From Alphaproteobacteria bacterium MarineAlpha3_Bin3 (GTDB taxonomy: Bacteria > Pseudomonadota > Alphaproteobacteria > Rhodospirillales > Casp-alpha2), in NCBI GenBank assembly GCA_002938075.1, contig PTLK01000001.1, positions 1-46,812 on the forward strand: 46,812 nucleotides of DNA, written 5' to 3'. Position numbers and translations under genes: made by a program. The notes under the pieces were generated by a model, which saw nothing but the letters and a program-made list of their open reading frames with translations, searched no databases and had not been told where the DNA came from. Of the stretch, positions 1 through 8,236 are shown one piece after another. Within the stretch, counting starts at the first letter, position 1; each line of letters starts with the position of its first letter.

Positions 1-22
1 CCGGTCCGCGCCTCCAATTTAA

Positions 23-98
23 TCCGGCGTAGTTCAGTTGGTAGAACGGTGGACTGTTAATCCATATGTCGCTGGTTCGAGTCCAGCCGCCGGAGCCA
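23..98 (+). tRNA. tRNA-Asn (anticodon GTT), CCA encoded
   Basis: Cloverleaf readable: acceptor tccggcg/cgccgga, D-arm agttcagttggtagaac, anticodon loop ctGTTaa, T-arm ggttcgagtcc. Near-identical in layout to enterobacterial tRNA-Asn. 3' gCCA present. Confidence 0.93.
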
Positions 99-111
99 AA
101 TATAACAAGGT

Positions 112-144
112 CTTAGCTGGAAACAGCTAGGGCTTTGTTTCTTT
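112..144 (+). terminator. putative intrinsic terminator after tRNA-Asn
   Basis: Stem c112-g119 / c124-g131 (8 bp with one G.U, tagctg core) with gaaa loop, followed by T-rich gctttgtttcttt. Confidence 0.4.
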
Positions 145-278
145 ATAGCAACCAATTAGCAACCACTAGGGACGGTTTCACCCTTTTTTGGGCCAACTTA
201 GGCCACATCCCTTTAACGCGCACCAGAGGGCCTTAAAATGGCCCACAATGCTAAAAAAACGTTTTTGTTCGCTACATT

Positions 279-546
279 AATGTCTGCTTTACCCCCGAAA
301 GCGGACATTTTTGGCAGGCATGAAAAAGGTCTGCTTTTGACCGAAAGCGGACATTCAGAGGCTTTCTCAAATTTACAATTTTAATATCTGCTGAGATGTC
401 CGCTTTTGGGGGTAAAGCGGACATTCAGAGGCCTTCGTCTTGAACGAGGCTCGCTTTGGGTCATAAGCAGACATTTCTGACTGTCGCCAATTATGTCCGC
501 TTTCGGGGGTAAAGCGGACATGCCGAGACCCAATGTCCGCTCCTGG
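279..546. repeat. array of about 5.5 copies of a 26-29 nt palindromic unit (ATGTCCGCTTT-N6-AAAGCGGACAT)
   Basis: Hairpin units at 280-308, 329-354, 396-424 and 493-521, a degenerate copy at 451-474, and a half unit at 531-540. Irregular spacing of 40-65 nt. Confidence 0.85.
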
Positions 547-566
547 CTGAGGCTGTTGAAAACCCT

Positions 567-1049
567 TCAAGAAGCCTTGCCAAAACCTTCGATAGAGTTT
601 CCCCATTTAGCCCAAACTTCTTGAAAAACGTCTGCAACCTCGTTGGCCTGCCTCATATCATTCTCTGACAACGTACCAAGAGGCCATCCCAACCCGTAAA
701 AATCTGCGTCTAAGACTGTTGAAAAGGCCAGCACTTGGCTTAGATCAAGGCCAATGCGTTCCGCAAAGATTTCCGTTCCAGCGAGTAAAGCGCATATTTC
801 GCTTTCTGTGGCGGCAACCGCTCCCTCGAAGGCCGTGGTGTCATACTTTGCGTCGGCCCCCAGACATTCAAAGGCAAGATTGAAAGCCATAAGTTTATAA
901 AATGCCCGGTCGAATCGAAGGCCCAAAATCTCCGCCGCGCCGATTGAATCAACAACCTCAAGATCATGCGCCCTATATGAAAACTTGGGTGGGGAAACCC
1001 AGCCCCGCGTTGCCTTTTCCTTCCCACAAGGGCAACATTCAACCGTCAT
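567..1049 (-). CDS. hypothetical protein (start uncertain; alternative ATG at 890)
   Basis: Open frame in a visibly lower-GC patch. No recognisable motif. The ATG at 1049 overlaps head-to-head with the ATG of the + strand gene at 1048, so one start is probably wrong. Confidence 0.3.
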   Translation of the reverse strand: MTVECCPCGKEKATRGWVSPPKFSYRAHDLEVVDSIGAAEILGLRFDRAFYKLMAFNLAFECLGADAKYDTTAFEGAVAATESEICALLAGTEIFAERIGLDLSQVLAFSTVLDADFYGLGWPLGTLSENDMRQANEVADVFQEVWAKWGNSIEGFGKAS

Positions 1050-1749
1050 GTCAGGATGCCTAGGGATTCCAACGGCGGCATTAATCCTTGCCGCCGTGGC
1101 CGCTGGCGCGGGGGGGCTGTCGGCGCCGCGGTTAGCCGCGGCCGCGGCCACCTGCCCGAAGGCGGAAACCCTGCCCCGGGTGTCGCTCAAGACCCTAGCC
1201 GGCCGCGTCACCTACGAGACCAGGAAAAGCCGCGAACAACTGGCCCGCCTGCAGAGACGCAAAGGGGCGCAGAGCCGCAAACGCGGCTGGAATCCTATCG
1301 GGCTAACCCTGACCAAGCTTCAATTCCGCATGGACATCTCGATCAACACGCTGAGCCGCAAGGCCAAACGACATTGCGCCACCGTGGCGGGTGTGAAGGC
1401 GGAATTAGGCTACGACGAGATCACCATTTACGTCGCCATGCGCTATCCGCGGGGAAGCTGTCAATATCTTTCGGTCCTGGAACACGAAAACGAACACCTG
1501 GCGATTTTCCGCAATACCCTGGCCCGCTATGCGCCGAAGGTCGAGCGGCGGCTGGTCCAGGCCGCTTCACAGTTGAAGCCCCTGACCGGCCGGTCCCCCA
1601 ACCAGGCGGCGGCCAAGATCCAAAAAGCCCTGCAACGTCAGATCGAGCCGCTGTTCAAGGAGATGAACAAGGTCATGGACCGGGAAAACGACCGCATCGA
1701 CACGACGGAGAACTACCATCGCGAACAGGCCCGGTGCTCGAAGTGGTAG
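1048..1749 (+). CDS. secreted protein with HExxH motif (putative Zn-metallopeptidase-like)
   Basis: N-terminal hydrophobic signal-like segment MSGCLGIPTAALILAAVAAGAGG. HENEH motif in LEHENEHLAIF. GC and codon pattern match the surrounding genes. Confidence 0.5.
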   Translation: MSGCLGIPTAALILAAVAAGAGGLSAPRLAAAAATCPKAETLPRVSLKTLAGRVTYETRKSREQLARLQRRKGAQSRKRGWNPIGLTLTKLQFRMDISINTLSRKAKRHCATVAGVKAELGYDEITIYVAMRYPRGSCQYLSVLEHENEHLAIFRNTLARYAPKVERRLVQAASQLKPLTGRSPNQAAAKIQKALQRQIEPLFKEMNKVMDRENDRIDTTENYHREQARCSKW

Positions 1750-1848
1750 GCCCAAAAACCGCGGACTCTTGACGCCTTGCGCCGTGGGCGCAAGAATCTC
1801 TTCCAACAATGGGGAAAACAGCCTCTAACGGGGGAAACGAGGCAGCCG

Positions 1849-2517
1849 ATGAACGAACCGACCCAATTACTGCAGGCCGAAAAGGACGAACTGCAAGAGG
1901 CGGGGATGGAAATCCGCCACCTCAAGAGCACCATCGCGGCGCTGCGCGAGGAGTTGGAGGGCCTGCAGTACGAAATGCAGGAAAGCGTACAGCGGGCCGT
2001 CGCCGATGCCGCCGACGAAGCGACGCAGCTCATGGAAACGGCGACGGCGCTTCGCGAAGAACTGGACAACCTCAATTTCGAGAAAGACCAGGCCGTCCAG
2101 GAGGCGACGGCCAATTCCCACGACGAAATTCAGCAGTTGATGAAAACCGCGGCGGCGCTCCGCGAGGAACTCGACAACCTGAGCTTCGAGAAGGACAAGG
2201 CGGTGCAGGAGGCCATTGCCCGCGGCAACGATGAAATCCAGCAGTTGAAGAAGACCGCCCAGGCGCTCCGCGGGGAGCTCGACGATCTGAGCTTCGAGAA
2301 GGATCAAAGCGTGCAGAAGGTTGTCGCCGAAGACAGTGACAAAGCCCAGCAGTTGCAACAGACTGTGGTGGCGCTGCGCGAAGAGCTGGATACCATCAAG
2401 GGCCGCTACGAAGACAAAATTCAAGGCATGGAACGCGCCGCCCGCGACGAGATAAAACAGCTGCAGGAAACCGCCGCCGCGTTACGCGAGAAACTGGAGA
2501 CCGAAAATGGCGAGTAA
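1849..2517 (+). CDS. acidic coiled-coil protein built from six 36-aa tandem repeats
   Basis: GAGG 6 nt upstream of the ATG at 1849. ALREEL recurs at exactly 36-residue spacing (ORF-track residues 55, 91, 127, 163, 199, 235). The stop overlaps the start of the downstream cyclase by 11 nt. Confidence 0.65.
   Translation: MNEPTQLLQAEKDELQEAGMEIRHLKSTIAALREELEGLQYEMQESVQRAVADAADEATQLMETATALREELDNLNFEKDQAVQEATANSHDEIQQLMKTAAALREELDNLSFEKDKAVQEAIARGNDEIQQLKKTAQALRGELDDLSFEKDQSVQKVVAEDSDKAQQLQQTVVALREELDTIKGRYEDKIQGMERAARDEIKQLQETAAALREKLETENGE
1906..2514 (+). repeat. 108-nt in-frame tandem repeat (about 5.6 units) inside the coiled-coil CDS
   Basis: Repeat consensus xEIQQLxKTAxALREELDNLSFEKDxAVQEAxAxxxD, read from the translation. 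Confidence 0.8.
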
Positions 2518-4849
2518 CCTCCGACAGGACCCACCTCCCAGCCAAGCCCCCGCCTCCGGCAACCGGGCGCCGGACCGGGTCGCCATGCTGCGCCAGGCCG
2601 ACAAGAAACTGCAGCAGGCCGAAATGCTGCTCAACGTGTCGCGCCGGGTCGCCGCCATCGAAAGCCTGGACGAAGTCCTGAAAACCCTGGTTGAACTGAT
2701 TGCCTCCGAGTTGGGGGCCGAGCGCGCGTCCCTGTTCCTCAACGACCCCACAACCAGCGAGCTATATTCCCGCGTCGCCCAGGGCAATTTCTCGCGCGAG
2801 ATCAGGATGCTCAACACCACCGGCATCGCCGGCGCGGTGTTCGTCAACGGCCAGGGCGAGATCATTCCCGACGCCTACGCCGACGAACGCTTCAACCGCA
2901 AGGTGGATGAACAAACCGGCTTCAAAACCCGCAACATCGTCAGCGCCCCGGTCAAGACCGTGCGCGGCGACGTCATCGGCGTGACCCAGGCGCTGAACAA
3001 GAATGAAGGCGGCTTCACGCCCGAAGACCTGAACCTGCTGGAGGCCATTACCACCCAGGCCGCCGTCGCCCTGCAAAGCACCCAGTTCGCCGAACGCATG
3101 AAGAAAAGCCGCGAAAAGGAGATGGAATTTCTCAACGTGGTTTCGGACGTCACCTCGGAACTTGAACTGGGAACGCTTCTGACCAAGGTGATGAGCGAAG
3201 CCGCGCACATGCTGAACGCCGACCGCTCGACGCTGTTCATGAACGACGATAAGACCGACGAGCTGTTTTCCCGCGTCGCCATGGGCGACAGCCTGGGCGA
3301 AATCCGCCTGCCCAATTCCATGGGCATTGCCGGCGCGGTGTTCACGTCGGGCAAGACGATCAATATCCCCTATGCCTATGCCGATCTGCGCTTCAATCCG
3401 GCCTTCGACAAGAAAACCGGCTATTTCACCCGCTCCATCCTGTGCATCCCGGTGGTCAACAAGGACGGCAAGACCATCGGCGTCACCCAGGTGCTGAACA
3501 AAAGCGGCGGCCCGTTCACCGATGAAGACGAAACCCGCCTCAAGGCGTTTACCGCGCAGGTCTCCATCGCGCTGGAGAACGCCAAGCTGTTCGAAGACGT
3601 CCATAACATGAAGAACTACAACGAAAGCATGCTGGAGAGCATGTCCAACGGCGTCATCACCATGGACGAAGACGGCAAGGTCGTCACCTGCAACGCCGCG
3701 GGCCTGCGAATCATAAAAACCGGGATAAACGATATCGTCGGCAAACAAGCCGAAGACTTTTTCGTCGGCGCCAACACCTGGTTGATGGAGCGTATCAAAA
3801 GGGTCGAAGAAACCCTGGAACAGGACGTCCTCATGGACGCGGAACTGGAATTCGGGGACGAAGACGAGAAAGAAACGATTTCCGCCAACGTCAACCTGCT
3901 GCCGCTGATCGGCGAAGACGGCAAGAAACTCGGATCGATGATCATGATCGAGGACATCAGCAACGAAAAACGGATGAAATCGACCATGTCGCGCTACATG
4001 GACCCCGGCATTGCGGACCAGTTGATGAGCGACGGCAGCAGCGAGGATTTTCTCGGCGGCAAAAGCAGCGAAATCACGGTGCTGTTTTCCGATATCCGCT
4101 CGTTCACCGCCATCACCGAGGCCCTGGGCGCCCAAGACACGGTGCAGATGCTGAACGAATACTTCACCATCATGGTCGACTGCATCACGCGCGAAGGGGG
4201 CATGCTGGACAAGTTCATCGGCGACGCCATCATGGCCGGGTTCGGCATTCCCGTCTCCCACGAAGACGACGAGGACCGCGCCGTTCGCGCCGCCATCACC
4301 ATGGTCGTCGAGCTTTGGGAATGGAACGTGGAACGCGTGGCCCGCGGCGAAAACCCCATCGACCACGGGGTCGGTCTCAACACCGGCATGGTGGTTTCGG
4401 GCAACATCGGCTCACCCAAGCGCATGGACTACACCATGATCGGCGACGGCGTGAACCTGGCGGCCCGGCTGGAATCGGCGTGCAAACAGTATTCGGCGCG
4501 CATCCTGATCAGCGAGTTCACCAAGGCCAAGCTGAAAGGCACCTACCGCATGCGCGACATCGACATGGTCGTGGTCAAGGGCAAGACCGAACCGGTCGGC
4601 GTTTACGAGGTCCTGGACTACCACACGGACGAGACGTATCCCAACCTGATGGACAACGTGAACTACTTCAACGAAGGGGTGAAGGAATACCGCAACGGCA
4701 ATTGGGACAAGGGAATCAGCCGCTTCGAAGAAGCGATCAAGGCCAACGAAAACGACAAACTGGCGCAAACCTATATCGAGCGCTGCGAACACCTTAAGGC
4801 GGAACCGCCCGAGGACTGGAACGGCGTCTGGGTGATGACGTCGAAGTAA
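2507..4849 (+). CDS. GAF-GAF-PAS class III adenylate/guanylate cyclase with TPR-like C-terminus (CyaB1-like architecture)
   Basis: Two GAF domains carry PDE/CyaB1-type FN..VD..TG(F/Y).T motifs (FNRKVDEQTGFKTRN, FNPAFDKKTGYFTRS). PAS segment MLESMSNGVITMDEDGKVV. Cyclase core VLFSDIRSFT...GDAIMAGFG...GDGVNLAARLE. Confidence 0.9.
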   Translation: MASNLRQDPPPSQAPASGNRAPDRVAMLRQADKKLQQAEMLLNVSRRVAAIESLDEVLKTLVELIASELGAERASLFLNDPTTSELYSRVAQGNFSREIRMLNTTGIAGAVFVNGQGEIIPDAYADERFNRKVDEQTGFKTRNIVSAPVKTVRGDVIGVTQALNKNEGGFTPEDLNLLEAITTQAAVALQSTQFAERMKKSREKEMEFLNVVSDVTSELELGTLLTKVMSEAAHMLNADRSTLFMNDDKTDELFSRVAMGDSLGEIRLPNSMGIAGAVFTSGKTINIPYAYADLRFNPAFDKKTGYFTRSILCIPVVNKDGKTIGVTQVLNKSGGPFTDEDETRLKAFTAQVSIALENAKLFEDVHNMKNYNESMLESMSNGVITMDEDGKVVTCNAAGLRIIKTGINDIVGKQAEDFFVGANTWLMERIKRVEETLEQDVLMDAELEFGDEDEKETISANVNLLPLIGEDGKKLGSMIMIEDISNEKRMKSTMSRYMDPGIADQLMSDGSSEDFLGGKSSEITVLFSDIRSFTAITEALGAQDTVQMLNEYFTIMVDCITREGGMLDKFIGDAIMAGFGIPVSHEDDEDRAVRAAITMVVELWEWNVERVARGENPIDHGVGLNTGMVVSGNIGSPKRMDYTMIGDGVNLAARLESACKQYSARILISEFTKAKLKGTYRMRDIDMVVVKGKTEPVGVYEVLDYHTDETYPNLMDNVNYFNEGVKEYRNGNWDKGISRFEEAIKANENDKLAQTYIERCEHLKAEPPEDWNGVWVMTSK

Positions 4850-4880
4850 TACCGGAAATGTTCTTTATTTCAGGAAACCA

Positions 4881-5504
4881 ATGCTTCCTGCCTTGTTTCC
4901 CGCCATCACCATGATCGCCCACGCCCTGGAGGATTATATCGAGACTGCCGGCAAGGTCGGCCCCGACCATCTGCCTGCCATCCAGGCCTATACCGACGCC
5001 ATCCGGGTCATTGCCGATCACGGCGAAAACCCGGGCGACAGCGAAACCACGGAAATCCTGCGCGCCTTGCCGCACAGCGGCACCGTTACGGTGAACGCCA
5101 CCCCCACCGACCAGATAACCCGCGACATCGGCTTTTTGCTGGTCCTGCCGAAGGGCCTGCAACGCCGGATCATCGGCGAAGGACTTGCATCGTGCGGCTT
5201 TCGGGTCAGCCTCGCCGAAACCGCCGTCGAGGCCATCGAAATCGGGCTCGCCAACCCGCCCCATATCATCGGCGCCAGCATGGTCAACGAGGACATGAGC
5301 GGCGTCGAAATGGCGCACGCGTTCAAGGCCATCGATGCCCTGTCGAACGCCAAGTTCCTGTTGATGACCAGCTCCGGCGAAACCGACCCCGAGGCGCTCG
5401 GCCTCCCCGCGGGCGCCCGCGTGGCGCGCAAGGGCTGTAAATTCCAGATGGACATGACGAACCACCTGATAGAATGGGGCGTGTTCGGCAATATCAAGGA
5501 CTAG
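4881..5504 (+). CDS. receiver-like (degenerate REC) domain protein
   Basis: C-terminal half has a REC-like beta/alpha pattern (FLLVLPKG...HIIGASMVNEDMSGVEM...FLLMTSS). The acidic DD pair and the phospho-acceptor Asp appear to be missing. The N-terminal ~90 aa are helical and unassigned. Confidence 0.5.
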   Translation: MLPALFPAITMIAHALEDYIETAGKVGPDHLPAIQAYTDAIRVIADHGENPGDSETTEILRALPHSGTVTVNATPTDQITRDIGFLLVLPKGLQRRIIGEGLASCGFRVSLAETAVEAIEIGLANPPHIIGASMVNEDMSGVEMAHAFKAIDALSNAKFLLMTSSGETDPEALGLPAGARVARKGCKFQMDMTNHLIEWGVFGNIKD

Positions 5505-5516
5505 CGGCCGGCCCCC

Positions 5517-5933
5517 TTATTCTTCCACCAGCTTGCTTGTCGTCGCGCGCAGGCGCCGGGACAGGCTGATCGCCAGGGAATGATAAAAGCGCATCGCCAG
5601 GCTGGGATCGGCCGCGAGCAGGGCCTGGGTTTTCTCGGGCGTGATGACCAGAATCCTGGTCGGCTCATTGGCGATGACGTTGGCGCTGGCGCCGATCCCT
5701 TCCAGGAAATTCATGTCGCCGAAAAATTCCTTCCGGGTGAGGCTGGCGACGGTTTCGTCTTTGCCCCGGAGTGACAGTACGACCCGGCAAGACCCCTCCA
5801 AGATCACGAAAAGGGCGCGGCGGTGATCGCCTTCCTCTAGGATCACATGATCTTTTTCAACCTCCAGGACTTCGCCTTTTTTCTCCAGCAGAGCGCGGTC
5901 GTTGTCGTTCAGATATTCGAAAGCTTTATCCAT
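5517..5933 (-). CDS. stand-alone cyclic nucleotide-binding (CAP_ED) domain protein
   Basis: 138 aa. Beta-roll pattern with ILEEGD...LFVILEGSCRV...FFGDMNFLEG..ASANVIA. Good SD (GGAAGGAGA) upstream. Confidence 0.75.
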   Translation of the reverse strand: MDKAFEYLNDNDRALLEKKGEVLEVEKDHVILEEGDHRRALFVILEGSCRVVLSLRGKDETVASLTRKEFFGDMNFLEGIGASANVIANEPTRILVITPEKTQALLAADPSLAMRFYHSLAISLSRRLRATTSKLVEE

Positions 5934-5983
5934 ATCCGGTCTCCTTCCTGCTTATTTTCCCTCTATTTCTAGTTATCTTTCCC

Positions 5984-8236
5984 CTATTTCGTTGTCGCGA
6001 TGAAGACGCCGTCCCAGTTGGCGGCCGGCGGGTTTATTTTGTATTCGGCGATGCGCTCGTCGTAGAGATCGCAGAGCACATCCAGGTTGACTTCGAGGTG
6101 CCAGGGCTTGTGCTCGTCGGAGCCGAGACGGCGGATTTCCTTAAACATCCCCGCGGCCTCGTCGAAACGCTGTTGACGATAGCTGTCCACCGCGTCGGAA
6201 ATTTTCTTTTGCAGTGCCACGAACCTGGGACCGGCCTTGACCTCCGCGTCCCCCATCAGGCCGTAGATATAGGTGCCCTCGGTCTTGCCCTTGACCTGAA
6301 TGTAGTCGAGATCGATGGTCGCCATCCGGTCCGTAACCGCCGCGTTGGTGGTCGGGCCGAGAACCACGTTCATGCCGTAGCTCTTGGATTGCCCTTCCAG
6401 GCGCGCCGCCAGGTTGACCGTATCGCCGAGCACCGAATAATCGAAACGCTGGTCGGACCCCATATTGCCGACCACGCATTCGCCGGTATTCAGGCCAAGG
6501 CCTACTTTAAGCGGGATATGCTTGCGGCCTTCCTCTTTGGCTTCAATTTCAAGCCGGTCGTTCAGCGGCCCCATCTCGGCCAGCATCGCCAGGGCCGAGA
6601 CACAGCCATTGTAGATATGCTCGTCGTCGTCCAGAGGCGCGTTCCAGAACGCCATGATGCAGTCGCCCATGTATTTGTCGACCGTTCCCTGACGATCGAG
6701 GATGGCATTGGTCAATGGCGTCAGCAGCTTGTTGATCAGCGCCGTCAGGCCGACCGCATCGAACTGTTCGGAAATGGTGGTGAAACCGCGAACGTCACAG
6801 AATAACAGGGTCATTTCGCGTTTCTCGCCGCCCAGTTTCAGTTCCCCGGGGTTTTCGGCGACGCGCGCGACCATGTCGGGCGACAGATACTTGGAGAACG
6901 CATCCCGGGTCTGGCGCCGACTGGCTTCTTCCTTGGCGTAACCGGTATAGGTGAGGACGGTATAGAGAAGTAGGATCGAAATGACCGCGTAGCCGGCGTC
7001 GAACAACAATCGGTGTTCGGCGAACAGGTACCACGACGTGGCCCCGGCACCGCCGGAGACGAGCAGGAACAGCCCCATGGTCCATTTGGCGCCGGCCCAA
7101 GGGACCAGAATGATCATCGCCAGGCCACCGAACAGGATCAACGCCAGCTCGGCACCGATGAAATAATTGGGCCGCGAAAGCCATTTTTTATGCATCGCCG
7201 CCTCGATCAGTTGCACGTGGACCTCGACTCCGGGAATGACCGGCTCCGTCGGCACGGCGCGAATATCCAGAAGCCCGACCGCCGACGTGCCGACGATGGT
7301 CAGCTTGCCCTTGATCAGCGCCGGGTCGGCTGTTCCGTTAAGCACGTCCTTGGCCGAGACGTACTTGGATTTGTCGCTTTTCGAGAAATACGGCCACACC
7401 CGGCCGTGGCTGTCGGTCGGAATCTGGAGATTCTTGTGCACGCCCAGAAAAGTGATGCCTGCGACGTTGGCTTTGACCAGAATGGATTTGCGGTTAACCG
7501 CAACCCTCAGCATCTCGACCGCCAGCGACGGATACAGCTCGTTTTCATAAACGAACAGCGTCGGCACCCTTCTGACGATACCGTCAGGTTCCGGGACCAG
7601 GGAAAAGATGCCGTGGCCGGTGGCATGCTTTTCAAGCACCGGCACGTTGCGGATCAGCGACTGGAACCGGGGCAGGAAGAAGGCCGGGTTGACGTTCTTA
7701 CCCTGCTTCAGGAGCGCCACGGATTTCTTGATCGGCGGGCCCTTCTTGGTTTCCAGCTTTTCCCAGTAACCGGCCTGGCCCAACACGACGCGGCTTTTGC
7801 GGATCACCCGGGACATGATCTCGTCGTTGCTGGGAAGCGCCCTAAGCTTGGCCTTGGTGGCCTCGTCGAGGCCGACCACGGTATCCGGAATTTTATTCGG
7901 ATTCATCCTGTCGGGCTCGGCGAATACGATGTCGAAGGCGACCAAGGCGGCGCCCATCTGCATCAGGTTCTGGATAAGCTTGGCGACGGTGGTGCGCGGC
8001 CACGGCCATTGGCCGATTTCGGCCAGACTTTCCTCGTCGAGGTCGATGATAGTGACCGGCTTGCCCTGAGGCGGGGGAATTTCACGCGGTTTCTGCTGTT
8101 GGTAAAAATCGAACGTCTTCAGGCGCAGGAACTGCACTGGATAGGGGTCGACGTAATACAGGAACATGAACCCCGAAAGGAGGGCCACGCTCAAAAGCCT
8201 CTCGAAGCTGAAGGCGGAGCGCAGGAACTTAAGCAT
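5984..8236 (-). CDS. CHASE2 sensor domain - transmembrane - class III adenylate/guanylate cyclase
   Basis: N-terminal TM, then a periplasmic CHASE2-like region (VTIIDLDEESL...WPWPR), three or four TM helices, then a cyclase core LLFCDVRGFTT...GDCIMAFWNAP...GDTVNLAARLE. GGAGAGG lies 8 nt before the ATG at 8236, which I prefer over the ATG at 8269. Confidence 0.88.
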   Translation of the reverse strand: MLKFLRSAFSFERLLSVALLSGFMFLYYVDPYPVQFLRLKTFDFYQQQKPREIPPPQGKPVTIIDLDEESLAEIGQWPWPRTTVAKLIQNLMQMGAALVAFDIVFAEPDRMNPNKIPDTVVGLDEATKAKLRALPSNDEIMSRVIRKSRVVLGQAGYWEKLETKKGPPIKKSVALLKQGKNVNPAFFLPRFQSLIRNVPVLEKHATGHGIFSLVPEPDGIVRRVPTLFVYENELYPSLAVEMLRVAVNRKSILVKANVAGITFLGVHKNLQIPTDSHGRVWPYFSKSDKSKYVSAKDVLNGTADPALIKGKLTIVGTSAVGLLDIRAVPTEPVIPGVEVHVQLIEAAMHKKWLSRPNYFIGAELALILFGGLAMIILVPWAGAKWTMGLFLLVSGGAGATSWYLFAEHRLLFDAGYAVISILLLYTVLTYTGYAKEEASRRQTRDAFSKYLSPDMVARVAENPGELKLGGEKREMTLLFCDVRGFTTISEQFDAVGLTALINKLLTPLTNAILDRQGTVDKYMGDCIMAFWNAPLDDDEHIYNGCVSALAMLAEMGPLNDRLEIEAKEEGRKHIPLKVGLGLNTGECVVGNMGSDQRFDYSVLGDTVNLAARLEGQSKSYGMNVVLGPTTNAAVTDRMATIDLDYIQVKGKTEGTYIYGLMGDAEVKAGPRFVALQKKISDAVDSYRQQRFDEAAGMFKEIRRLGSDEHKPWHLEVNLDVLCDLYDERIAEYKINPPAANWDGVFIATTK

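Noticed and set aside
279-546. Repeat array as a CRISPR locus.
   Set aside because: The units are self-complementary hairpins with variable loops and irregular spacing of 40-65 nt. They are not direct repeats separated by unique spacers, and no cas genes are present in the window.
23-1749. Integrated prophage or genomic island at tRNA-Asn.
   Set aside because: I found no integrase or recombinase, and no second copy of the tRNA 3' end anywhere in the window. Only a compositional dip and one orphan ORF remain, so at most this is a relic.
2762-4366. Very long ORFs antisense to, or out of frame with, recognised genes. Examples: 2762-4366(-), 5771-6805(+), 7013-8272(+), 13558-14415(+), 16236-17054(+), 26478-27797(+), 28488-29525(-), 30446-31942(+), 37561-38700(+), 39755-41401(+), 42907-44043(+).
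   Set aside because: These are typical shadow ORFs of a high-GC genome. Their products are Arg/Gly/Pro/Ala-rich and low in complexity, and they carry no motifs. In every case the opposite or alternative frame encodes a protein with clear family signatures.
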